IMG/VR virus record: IMGVR_UViG_3300046719_000018
Location: 1-51,375 of that record
Reading direction: 5' to 3' (one strand)
Length of the DNA: 51,375 nucleotides
Source of the DNA: a virus
Lineage: Duplodnaviria; Caudoviricetes
The position numbers were made by a program, and so were the translations under genes. Below, in pieces: positions 24,511 through 33,362 of this stretch. Below the pieces are notes generated by a model. It was not told the DNA's origin, did not search any database, and saw only the letters and a program-made list of their open reading frames with translations. Position 1 is the first letter of the stretch, and each line of letters begins with the position of its first letter.

Positions 24511-24674
24511 CCTCCGGCCGGCGACCATCCAGTCAGCCACGAAATGACCAACAGGACCATGAACAGGATCGCGATGACGCGAATCACCTGCTTCACAGTC
24601 CCGTCCATCGGGATGAGCTGGACGAGGTAGAGAACGACGCCCAGAATGATGAGACCGACGAGAAGGGTCAGCAT
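24495..24674 (-). CDS. 59-aa two-TM membrane protein (Thivi_2564-like), absent from the ORF track
   Basis: MLTLLVGLIILGVVLYLVQLIPMDGTVKQVIRVIAILFMVLLVISWL... Confidence 0.7.
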   Translation of the reverse strand: MLTLLVGLIILGVVLYLVQLIPMDGTVKQVIRVIAILFMVLLVISWLTGWSPAGGWGWR

Positions 24675-25016
24675 CTAGGGCAGCGCCACTGGAGGCACGC
24701 ACCCGCAGCGGGGCATGCAGATGGTTACCAAGTCGCCCTGGTTACCGTAGACGACGACGCCGAGCACTGGAGGCCCTTGGTTGTTCGTGCCGTTGTACCA
24801 CGTCGTTCCGGTAGGGGCTCCGACCATCAGGTACACGCCGGCGGCATTGCCGCGCACGATGCTCGGCGTGGCGCACGGGTCTGGCGTCGGCGCAGCCGTT
24901 GGCCTCGGCAGCGGCGGCGGGATACGAACGGTCGGGCTGTCGTCGCAGCCGGTCAGCAGCAGGACCGATAGAAGAACGCTGATTCGCAGCGTGTCGTGTA
25001 GTGCTCCACTCCACAT
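24675..25016 (-). CDS. Pro/Cys-rich lipoprotein (o-spanin candidate)
   Basis: Lipobox LTGC; downstream of the endolysin; GGAGG RBS. Confidence 0.6.
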   Translation of the reverse strand: MWSGALHDTLRISVLLSVLLLTGCDDSPTVRIPPPLPRPTAAPTPDPCATPSIVRGNAAGVYLMVGAPTGTTWYNGTNNQGPPVLGVVVYGNQGDLVTICMPRCGCVPPVALP

Positions 25017-25026
25017 AGGAAACCTC

Positions 25027-25524
25027 CTACTCCATCGCCCGCCTGAGCCAGCCGGCGGCGTACTTCTCGAAACGAGTCGTGTTCGTTGACTGGACGAGCT
25101 CCCGGTAATGAACGCCCTGCTCGAGCCTCATGGCGTACACGAGGAGTTGTTGGTTGCACATGTTTGCGGCGTGGATCGTGCTCCGCCCGATCGCCCCGTC
25201 CACCGCTACTTCTTCCGGCCGGCGAATCAGGTAGTTGATGGCGCGCTGGAGAATCTCCGAGGCTTTCTTTCGGCCGCAGTTCACGCCGATGTCGAACAAC
25301 TTGACCGCAACGTCAGACTCAAGATCGTTGCAGCCGAGCGGCTCCCAATAGTCGCGATGGTAGATTGCCTTGGCCTGCTCGAGCGTGAGCGCTGCGATGT
25401 CGATATCGGGATAGGCTCGCTTGCTGATTCCGAATTTGGTCTCTCCGCCTGGATCGTCAGGGTCGTTCACGTAGCCGCCCTCCCAGCGGAGAGTCCGTTC
25501 GATCGCGTAGGCGAACCCGCTCAC
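25027..25524 (-). CDS. Endolysin, GH108 lysozyme
   Basis: EGGYVNDPDDPGGETKFGISKR, VDGAIG..T, GWLRR; GTG start at 25524. Confidence 0.92.
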   Translation of the reverse strand: MSGFAYAIERTLRWEGGYVNDPDDPGGETKFGISKRAYPDIDIAALTLEQAKAIYHRDYWEPLGCNDLESDVAVKLFDIGVNCGRKKASEILQRAINYLIRRPEEVAVDGAIGRSTIHAANMCNQQLLVYAMRLEQGVHYRELVQSTNTTRFEKYAAGWLRRAME

Positions 25525-25823
25525 GATGAAGATTCGTCGGGCTCGGGTGAGCGTAGGCGTGCGCTCGGAGCGCGGATGCTGTCCAAGCGGCCGTGGGCTG
25601 CGGCGATAGCTCGCTCGGTCATGGTCAAGCGTGTCTCGACGCCACGAAGGCGCTCGCGCGTCTCGGCCTGGCGGGTGTTCCCATCGCCGACGGTATCCCG
25701 GATCTCGTCCACCTTCTCTCCGAGCGCTTTCACATCGTTGCGCAACCCGTTGAGCACGGCGCCGCACAGCAGAGCGATCAGAGCCGCTACCAAGCCCATG
25801 ATCCACTGAACAATAGGGTCCAA
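25521..25823 (-). CDS. Single-TM coiled-coil lysis-associated protein
   Basis: TTG start with GAGGAG RBS; N-terminal TM followed by coiled coil. Confidence 0.6.
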   Translation of the reverse strand: MDPIVQWIMGLVAALIALLCGAVLNGLRNDVKALGEKVDEIRDTVGDGNTRQAETRERLRGVETRLTMTERAIAAAHGRLDSIRAPSARLRSPEPDESSS

Positions 25824-25824
25824 G

Positions 25825-27618
25825 TCATTCCTCCTCGGGTACTCCCAGGGTGCGGCGGAACATGCTGGTACCACGCTTGCGACCGTTCGAGTAGGCCAGT
25901 TTCAGAGCCTCGCGCTTCTGCTCGTCCTTCAGCCGAGCCCACAGAGGCGTCGCCATCATCTTCTCGACCTCTCCGTGCGCTTCCGCTCCAACGAGCCGGC
26001 TCAACTGCTCATACTGTTGCGGGTTCAGTGCCAACATCTTGGCGGTGCCGAGCTTCGGCTTCTTTCCGATCTGGAGCGAGCGATCGGGAGCGTCCAGTTT
26101 CACTTTCAACGCCACCGCCGCCTGTCGAACCGGATCGTCGGTCACGGAAGAAGCCCGCACCGGGAAGAACAGCGACAGCCCCGGGGAGTCGTTCTTGATG
26201 GGCGTACCCCAGGCGTCGATGCGTTTCGCCAGCCCTTGACTCATGCCGGGAATGCGTGCTCGGAACTCGTCCATCTGCGTCTGCGTGTCGTGCAGGTACG
26301 GGTCGAACAACTGGTTCGCTTTGCTGATCTGGTTCGGAACCGCAGTAGCAACAAGCCGCTGTAGTGCTCGCTTCCCGCCGTTGTCCTTCCAGTCCGTAGC
26401 CGCGTGAACGAGATCCCCGAGCTTCGCGTAGTCGCGCATCGCTGGTAGGTTCTTGACGAACGCCATCGTGACGCGAGCGCCGAGGTTGTCAATCGTTCCG
26501 TCCGACATCTTCGGCAGGATCTCTGCGAAGTTGGCAGCAAGCCCAGCAACCGCTCCGACCGGCCCGAGCAGGCTCAGCTCGATACGCTTGTCGCCGACCT
26601 TTAGGCTGTTCTCCTTGTTCCCGGCAGCGAGCCACGCGCGGCGCTCGTCCGGGTCCACAGGTCCGTTGCCGGTGATGAGACCCTTGCTGACCATGTAGGC
26701 GACCATCGCCATGGCGGAAGTGCCAGCGTTCATCCGTCCGCGGGCAAGCGCCGCCTCGGTTCCGCCAGCCTTCAGCGCAGTGCGCACCTCGGGAAGCACG
26801 AGATGAGCAATGGGAGAATGCTCGAGTGCCGCTTTCGAGAGGTTCGCGGCGATGCGCGGGAACGGCATCAGGAAGCGGCTAGCAAGACGCGCAGCGTCCA
26901 TCATTGGAGCGCTGTTTTCGATAGGCCGACCGAAACGGTCTTTCCCTTCCCCGAATCGTGTCCACGCCTCGGCTACAGGACTACGATCCTGGAACGTCCT
27001 GTGCTTCGCGGCAGTGTCGGCGAGCTTATCGAAGCTCTTGCCGTCCATCATGAACGACTCTGGCTTCTCCTGAGCTCGCGCTCGGTACTCCTCGAGCGCC
27101 TTGCCCTTCAGGCCCTTTTGCAGCCCCTGCCGCGTGGCAAGCGCAGCCACCTCACCGTCGTAGGCCCAACGGTAGAAGAACTCGGTTTCCGCTCTGAGGC
27201 CAGCCATCGGTCCGTAGCGGTCGAGGGCGTTCATCGGCCCGTGCATCTCAGGCTGACCGCCAGCAACACCCTTCCCGCTGCCGTACATGGCGCGGGCTTC
27301 TGTCAGCGCTCGAGCGGTACTGTGGAGCATCCCGGAAATCTTGGCTGGCACCTCGGCGAACCGAACCCGCCCAGGATCTTTGCTGAACGCCTGCCCGGCC
27401 GCAGTAACCGCGGTGGAGTACAGGTCCGACGCGACGCTAGCCATATCGGAAGCCACAGCGCCGCCCAGACTCGAAACGGTCATCAACGATGACTTCCAAA
27501 CCTGGAGCGTCCGCTTGAGCGGAGGCCCCTTGTGCGTGTCGCGGATGAACTTCGCCACCTGAGCCGGATCGTCCATCTTCGCGAGCAGCATTGCCCGCTC
27601 CTGGAGAGTGCAAGCCAT
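25825..27618 (-). CDS. Large internal virion / DNA ejection-like protein
   Basis: 597 aa helical; GLITGNGP.D...R.W...G...NS.KVG motif; last structural gene. Confidence 0.6.
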   Translation of the reverse strand: MACTLQERAMLLAKMDDPAQVAKFIRDTHKGPPLKRTLQVWKSSLMTVSSLGGAVASDMASVASDLYSTAVTAAGQAFSKDPGRVRFAEVPAKISGMLHSTARALTEARAMYGSGKGVAGGQPEMHGPMNALDRYGPMAGLRAETEFFYRWAYDGEVAALATRQGLQKGLKGKALEEYRARAQEKPESFMMDGKSFDKLADTAAKHRTFQDRSPVAEAWTRFGEGKDRFGRPIENSAPMMDAARLASRFLMPFPRIAANLSKAALEHSPIAHLVLPEVRTALKAGGTEAALARGRMNAGTSAMAMVAYMVSKGLITGNGPVDPDERRAWLAAGNKENSLKVGDKRIELSLLGPVGAVAGLAANFAEILPKMSDGTIDNLGARVTMAFVKNLPAMRDYAKLGDLVHAATDWKDNGGKRALQRLVATAVPNQISKANQLFDPYLHDTQTQMDEFRARIPGMSQGLAKRIDAWGTPIKNDSPGLSLFFPVRASSVTDDPVRQAAVALKVKLDAPDRSLQIGKKPKLGTAKMLALNPQQYEQLSRLVGAEAHGEVEKMMATPLWARLKDEQKREALKLAYSNGRKRGTSMFRRTLGVPEEE

Positions 27619-30266
27619 CAGTCACACCCCGCTGCTTTTAGAATCGCTGCGATCCGCTGCGCTCGGCTAGTCCCGAGGGACACGTCCCGGAGCATGTTCA
27701 GGCCGCGTCCAAACTCGGTTGCTCCCGGCTCCACCACGCTTTGCAGCATCGCGTGGCGCTGTTCGATCTCCCAGTACCGAGCGAGGTTCTCTCCTGTGGG
27801 CTCGATCGCGACCGCCTTCGCTGCCCTGTGCAACTCGAAGTTGGCTTCGCGAAGGTGCCACGCCCAGGCAGCGAGCTGGTGCCGAGTCATTCCACCCGCT
27901 GGACGCTTCTTGTCGAGTTGTTCGGCAGTGAGACCGGTCAGTTCCTGAATGAGCGGTGCAGCTTCCTCGAGCGTAACCGCCCGCGGCTTCCTGGCCGTTT
28001 TCTCGCCCCAAAGCGCTGCCGTCTCCCGAACCGAGTTCATCGCATCGTGAACAGAGTTGATAGCACCGAGATTGACCGGCGAGCGCGGCGGTGGAGGCGG
28101 AGCGGACGGCGGCGGTGGTGCTGCTGCCGCTGGCATCGGCTGAGTAGTCGGAGAGACGGGGATGGGCTGGGTCGTAGGCGAAGCAGGCATGGGCTGCGTC
28201 GTCGGCTCGATCGGCATCGGCTGCGTGTCGAGCGAGAATGTAGGCTCAGGCCCGATCGCGTCCATGGTCTGCTCGAGGTCGGGGTAGTCGCTCAGGTTGT
28301 CCGGGTGGATCTCGTCGCCGTTGGCGAACGCCTCATTAACCGCCGCTTCATGGACCGCCCCGAGCCCTGCCTCCTCCGCAGCCGCCCGCGGCATCAGCGG
28401 CAGCTCAGCAGCAGGTACGCGCTGATCGAAGATGCGCGGCGCTTCGACGCGAACGCCCGGCTCGTCGAAGTGGGCCGGGAGCGCTTTGCCCTGAAGCCGA
28501 ACGTGGTCGTGGTAGTCCATCGCTTGCGCTTGTACGGTCTGCTTATCGAGGCCGGTCAGTTCGGACAGGGCATCCAGTTCCCCCTTGGCCGGGAACGTGT
28601 CCTTGCCCTGTACAGCGCGGCGCATCCGTCCTGCCCAATCGAACAGGCGGGCGTGGAGCGCGTCCGGAAAGATGGCTTCGACGGAATCGTGCTTGCCCCG
28701 TCCGAGCCACCGGCGACGATCTGGAGTCGGCTCCGGCGGCGGCGGGATCGGATCCGGAGCGGCGGTGGCGGATCCCTTGGTCGGACGCCCGAGCCAGTCG
28801 TTCGCATAGTTTCCGGTCCCTGGCGAGCCCTCCGATGGCAACATGCGCTCGCCCTGCCTGCCTGTAGGCGGTCGCTGAGCAGGCATAGGCTGCGTCGTTG
28901 GCCCCTGGGGCGCTTCGGCCGCAGGCATGGGCTGCGTAACCGGCCCGGACTTCGGAGCGGCTCCTGGGGCATCCTGGAGCGGCATGGGCTGGGTTCTGGT
29001 CAGCAGTTCCGCCTGCCGAGCCGCCCGGCGCTCCTCTGGCGACTGCCACTCGGGCGACTGCTCCTGTGCGAGCCGTTTTCGGAGCCCCTCGAGCACTCCC
29101 TCGAGCATCCGCTTCTGAGCCGGCGGCATCTTCACCCCGGCTACCTGAGCCCGAATGTCATCGATCTGCGCCTGCGTCTCTCCGATCGCCTTCGCCTGAG
29201 CCGGCCGGTACTGCGCCTCGAGCGAGGTCGGATCGAGCGGCGGCGGCTTGATCGGCGACGGGGCAACCTCGGGCGGAGCAGCAGCAGCGGGCGCCTCGGG
29301 ACCGCCCAGCAGCGTGCCCGGCTCGATATGGACGCTCGGACCACCCGGGCGCGGTGGAATCCTGTTCCCGCCCTGCCCTGCCAGTGGGGGCCCGCCCGGA
29401 TACCCCGGTGGGGGCGGCGGCAGCTCAATGGGCTGCGTCGAGGCGTCTGCGAACGGTGGTGGTGCTGCTGGGGGCGCTCCCGGGGGCGCTCCTGGCCTGC
29501 CTGGAGCTGGTTTGGCTGCTGGTGGTGCAGCGCCGCCCTCGAACCACATCTTGTCGAACGCTGCACCCGTGGCGAGGCCGGTCAGTACGTTCTCCAGAGA
29601 CGGAATCTCGCCCTGCATCAGGTCGCCGGCAGCCGCCATGCCTGCACCGATACCGCCACCGACCAAGCGCTTCCCTGCGTTCACTGCGAAGCTCGGTCGG
29701 CCAGTAGCGAACTGGGGCGCCGCCTCGAGCGCCCAAGCGCTGTTCGGGTGCGCTTCCTTGAGGTCTGCCGATGCCTGCCCGAGCTCGGCCTCAACGTCCA
29801 TGTCGATGCCCTGAAGCCGAGCGCTCGCTTTGGCGATCTCGTTGACGCCCTTGCCCATGTAGGCGCCGCCAGCGAAACCGGACCCTGCTGCTAGCAACGG
29901 GTTCGCGCTGACCGCACCTGTCGCTACGGCAGCGCCAGCACCAGCAGCACCGGGAAGGAGGCCCTTGGCCCACGGCAGCAGATAGGGAGCCGCGGCCTCG
30001 GTCATGCTCAGCCCCGGATCGCCCGGTTCTGCTACCACCTCGTCGTTGGGCCCGCGCGAGACAGGCTGCCCCTTCGCGCCCATCATCGCGGCAAACTCGG
30101 CGCGACGCTGTTCCCGCTTCTTCTTCTCCTCCTCCTCAAGCTCCCATGGCCGCGGCGTGTGGAAATCAACCGAAGGAAGCGCGACCGGCGAGGCGGACGG
30201 CGACGCCGTGGGCGCAATCTGCACCCCGCCGCCGAATACCGCGTTCCACTCTTCCTGGGTCGGCAT
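27618..30266 (-). CDS. Large Pro/Ala-rich ejection-like protein with TQP[M/I] repeats
   Basis: 882 aa; Gly/Ala hydrophobic segments; position in the ejectosome block. Confidence 0.55.
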   Translation of the reverse strand: MPTQEEWNAVFGGGVQIAPTASPSASPVALPSVDFHTPRPWELEEEEKKKREQRRAEFAAMMGAKGQPVSRGPNDEVVAEPGDPGLSMTEAAAPYLLPWAKGLLPGAAGAGAAVATGAVSANPLLAAGSGFAGGAYMGKGVNEIAKASARLQGIDMDVEAELGQASADLKEAHPNSAWALEAAPQFATGRPSFAVNAGKRLVGGGIGAGMAAAGDLMQGEIPSLENVLTGLATGAAFDKMWFEGGAAPPAAKPAPGRPGAPPGAPPAAPPPFADASTQPIELPPPPPGYPGGPPLAGQGGNRIPPRPGGPSVHIEPGTLLGGPEAPAAAAPPEVAPSPIKPPPLDPTSLEAQYRPAQAKAIGETQAQIDDIRAQVAGVKMPPAQKRMLEGVLEGLRKRLAQEQSPEWQSPEERRAARQAELLTRTQPMPLQDAPGAAPKSGPVTQPMPAAEAPQGPTTQPMPAQRPPTGRQGERMLPSEGSPGTGNYANDWLGRPTKGSATAAPDPIPPPPEPTPDRRRWLGRGKHDSVEAIFPDALHARLFDWAGRMRRAVQGKDTFPAKGELDALSELTGLDKQTVQAQAMDYHDHVRLQGKALPAHFDEPGVRVEAPRIFDQRVPAAELPLMPRAAAEEAGLGAVHEAAVNEAFANGDEIHPDNLSDYPDLEQTMDAIGPEPTFSLDTQPMPIEPTTQPMPASPTTQPIPVSPTTQPMPAAAAPPPPSAPPPPPRSPVNLGAINSVHDAMNSVRETAALWGEKTARKPRAVTLEEAAPLIQELTGLTAEQLDKKRPAGGMTRHQLAAWAWHLREANFELHRAAKAVAIEPTGENLARYWEIEQRHAMLQSVVEPGATEFGRGLNMLRDVSLGTSRAQRIAAILKAAGCD

Positions 30267-31397
30267 CTACTTCTTCTTCTCTCCGAATACCTCGGCGAGC
30301 GCTCGCCATTCCTCATCCGGCATGGTCCGGATGTCCGGATACTGCTGCATGGCTGCCGCATGAATGTTCTGCTTCCACGCCTCGAAGCTCTCCGGCGGCA
30401 GCGCTTTCGCGACGACCTTCAGCAGCTCAACGTCAGCCCTCAACTCCGGCTTCTGCACGATCCGCTCGGACCATTCCGCTGCCTTTTCGATCGCGAACTT
30501 CCTGCCCTGCTCGTTCACGAGCTTCGGACTGGGAAGGTTGCCTTCGAGATCTGGCTTCATGGAGGCGTTTTCCGCCGAGCGCATGATCGCGTAAGACTCT
30601 TTTACGAACTCCTTCGCTGCTGGACTCTTGAGCTTGTCCGCTCCAGACTCCTTATCCGTCCGTGCGTCGTGGATCAACTCCTGCCGCTTGATGTTCTCCG
30701 GAGTCGATTCCGTCGCCAGCCGTGCGTTCGTACCAGCAGCCGCCGTGGCGGCAGCCTGACTGGCCGCGTCCTGCCGCTTGAGCGCAGCCTCACGCCGGCC
30801 GGGAGCAGACTCAAGGAACGCCGCATCCGCCTCATTCGCCGCCTGGTGGGTAGCCTTCGTCTCCTCGACCTTGCGCAGATCCGGGCGCCACTCGAACCCC
30901 TTCAGCGCGCCCATATCGCCCTGGTGGAGCGCGAACAGCGCATGGGTAGACTCCTGCGGCGTTGCGGGGCGGCGCGTGCCGTCAGGATTGACCACCACGA
31001 TCGGATCGTCGATGTGCTGCGCTACGAACTCCTTCGACTTTTCCTGCCGCTTCTGCTCCTCGAGAATCTGCGCCTGATGCGCCTTCAACTGCTGCTGTTC
31101 CATGGACGCTTGCCCCATGGCAATAGACAGCCGCTTCTGCTTCGCTGCGCGGTCCTCGGCATCCCACCGGCCTGCGTTCTCCTGGTAGGCGCCGAGCAGC
31201 GCTGGATTCTGGAACACCCTGCCGATGAACCCCGTTGCATCGTTGAGGCTCCGACTGAGCTGCTGCCCAGGGTTCAGCACGGTCGGCTCCATCAGGCCGG
31301 GATCGATCTGGAACGCGCGTGGGAGTAGCCCGAGCTGCGAACCGCCCGGATTGAAGTCGAACATCCCCGCGTCGGGAATGCCGTAGTCGTCAGGCAT
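30267..31397 (-). CDS. Putative ejection/internal virion protein
   Basis: 376 aa helical, A/Q/E/K-rich; position. Confidence 0.5.
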   Translation of the reverse strand: MPDDYGIPDAGMFDFNPGGSQLGLLPRAFQIDPGLMEPTVLNPGQQLSRSLNDATGFIGRVFQNPALLGAYQENAGRWDAEDRAAKQKRLSIAMGQASMEQQQLKAHQAQILEEQKRQEKSKEFVAQHIDDPIVVVNPDGTRRPATPQESTHALFALHQGDMGALKGFEWRPDLRKVEETKATHQAANEADAAFLESAPGRREAALKRQDAASQAAATAAAGTNARLATESTPENIKRQELIHDARTDKESGADKLKSPAAKEFVKESYAIMRSAENASMKPDLEGNLPSPKLVNEQGRKFAIEKAAEWSERIVQKPELRADVELLKVVAKALPPESFEAWKQNIHAAAMQQYPDIRTMPDEEWRALAEVFGEKKK

Positions 31398-31400
31398 GGC

Positions 31401-31796
31401 TCAGTACCTCTGGACGCCGCGAGCGCGCTGCGTCTGCATCGCCTGCCGGCCCGGCATGGCGCCCATCCCCTGCCCCATGCCCATCCCGCCCATTCCGCCC
31501 ATGCCCTGCTCCATCTGCCCGCCGCCAGGAGCCGCCATCCGGCCCTGCCGGAAGGCGTTCATGAGTTGGAGAAAGGCGGGCGAGAGCCCGTACTGCCCGG
31601 AGAACTGTGGACCGTTGATCGGGCGGTTCCCGAACGGCAGCGGCGTCCCCTGGTTGCCGTAGTGGCTCGAGAGCAGGGTGTCCAGCATCGGATTCGTCGG
31701 ACGCGCCTGCTGCTGCATCTGCTGGTTCTGAAGGTTGTGCGCGAGGATCTGGCTCAGGAGTTGCTGAAACGAGCTGTAGTTGTTCCTGTCTGGCAT
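31401..31796 (-). CDS. Low-complexity Q/G/M/N-rich protein
   Basis: GAGGAGG RBS; fills the gap exactly. Confidence 0.6.
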   Translation of the reverse strand: MPDRNNYSSFQQLLSQILAHNLQNQQMQQQARPTNPMLDTLLSSHYGNQGTPLPFGNRPINGPQFSGQYGLSPAFLQLMNAFRQGRMAAPGGGQMEQGMGGMGGMGMGQGMGAMPGRQAMQTQRARGVQRY

Positions 31797-31805
31797 GGTG
31801 CCTCC

Positions 31806-32867
31806 TCAGTACCGCGGGATGTTGTAGGCGTAACCGCCGGAAGTGCTGTACGGTCCCGTGCTCGTCGAGGACCCCGTTTGCGTCTGCATCGGGAACGTCT
31901 GCGGCGACTGGTAGGCCGCAGGCACGCCGCCCTGCTGGCGCCCGAGGCCCTTCGCGAGAATGTCCGTGAATCCGCCGACCCAATCCATCGTCCCCGGCTG
32001 GTACTCCTGCGTTCCGCCGCCACCGACGATCTGGACGTGATCCACAGGCCGCGTGAGGTCGTTCATGTGGTTCCACAGCATCTCGGCGCGCTGGAGCCCG
32101 AGCGCAGACTGCTGCGCGCGTAGGCTCGCGTTCGCCGAACTCGCCTGGGTCGCCATCGAGGCGTTGGCGATGCTCGCCTGCGTCGCGTTCCCGGCATTCG
32201 CGATGCTGGACTGAGTATCGAACCCGGCGTTCGCCGTGCTCACCCCGGTGGCGAGGTTCGCGTTCGTGGACAGGCCACCCGCGCGTCGCCCGAGAGCGTT
32301 CTGCACGAAGCTGTCGTAGAACTGCCCCATCACGTCGTTCACGCCGCTGTACGCCTGCTGCTTGCCCTTGTTCTTCAGGTACAGCGCGAGCGGGCTGTTC
32401 ACGTCACGACCCGACAACGCGAACCCCTCGTTGATGTCCCGAGCGCCAGCCTCGTAGGACCGAGCGGCACCCTTCCCTGCCCGCTGCGCCAACGCCTCGA
32501 GCAGATAGGCTGGTGGCAGGCTCTTGAACGCCTCATCGTTCATGTCGATCAACGAGGCTTCCGCGTGGCCCGCGTTCGAGTGCCCCGCCGAGGCGTGGCC
32601 GGCGCTCACGCCGCCACCACCGAGCCCAGCACCGGACATCCAGTTGCCCAGCCCGCCCTCCCCGCCGCCCATGGCCGCTTCGAGGTCGCGCGCCGTGAGC
32701 ATGAACTGGCCCTGCGAGAGGATGTTCCGCTCGTCTGTTGGCAGGTTGTAGATCCCCGCGTCGAACGCGATCGGCTGCGTCTGCGATACCTGCTTCCCGC
32801 CGCCGCCACCAAAGAACTTGTTGACGAGGAAGCTGCCACCGGCAATTCCCGCTGCTGCCCAGGACAT
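31806..32867 (-). CDS. Putative pilot/ejection protein with 11-aa ANA repeats
   Basis: Gly/Ala-rich N-terminus; ANAGFDTQSSI-ANAGNATQASI-ANASMATQASS. Confidence 0.55.
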   Translation of the reverse strand: MSWAAAGIAGGSFLVNKFFGGGGGKQVSQTQPIAFDAGIYNLPTDERNILSQGQFMLTARDLEAAMGGGEGGLGNWMSGAGLGGGGVSAGHASAGHSNAGHAEASLIDMNDEAFKSLPPAYLLEALAQRAGKGAARSYEAGARDINEGFALSGRDVNSPLALYLKNKGKQQAYSGVNDVMGQFYDSFVQNALGRRAGGLSTNANLATGVSTANAGFDTQSSIANAGNATQASIANASMATQASSANASLRAQQSALGLQRAEMLWNHMNDLTRPVDHVQIVGGGGTQEYQPGTMDWVGGFTDILAKGLGRQQGGVPAAYQSPQTFPMQTQTGSSTSTGPYSTSGGYAYNIPRY

Positions 32868-33362
32868 CTAGCTACCCTCCAAGGCGAGCGAGCATTCGCG
32901 AACACGCTCGATCAGCGCCTTCTCAATGACGTGCGGCTGAATCAGTTGCTCCTCGAGCTTGTCGAGGTCCGTTTCGTTCGACGGGTGATAGGTCGTCCAG
33001 ATGCAATCCTCAACGATCAACAGCACCCGTCGCGTTCCAGGTTTCGTGATCCCGGTGTACGGCGCCCGGATATCGACGATCCCCTTCCCGTCGAACACGC
33101 GGGCCCAGCCCTTCGAGACGGTGTAGGGGTGCTCGGTCTTGTGGATCTTGCTGATGATAATGGCGCCCTTGGGCATGAAGATCTCGCGCACGTACAGCCC
33201 TGGAGTGAAGCGATGCACGAGGGGCGCATCGATCCGCTCCGGCAGCGTCATGAGCAGCGCCTCGAGCACGTCCACAGGATCCTCATCAGCCATCTCCGGC
33301 CAAGCCAGCCCTTGCGGAACGATGGTGGCGAGCTCCGCCTTGCCCTCACGTCCTTCGCTCAT
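32868..33362 (-). CDS. Cupin-fold protein
   Basis: HRFTPGLYVREIFMPKG...KIHKTEH...PGTRR..WTTYH. Confidence 0.7.
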   Translation of the reverse strand: MSEGREGKAELATIVPQGLAWPEMADEDPVDVLEALLMTLPERIDAPLVHRFTPGLYVREIFMPKGAIIISKIHKTEHPYTVSKGWARVFDGKGIVDIRAPYTGITKPGTRRVLLIVEDCIWTTYHPSNETDLDKLEEQLIQPHVIEKALIERVRECSLALEGS

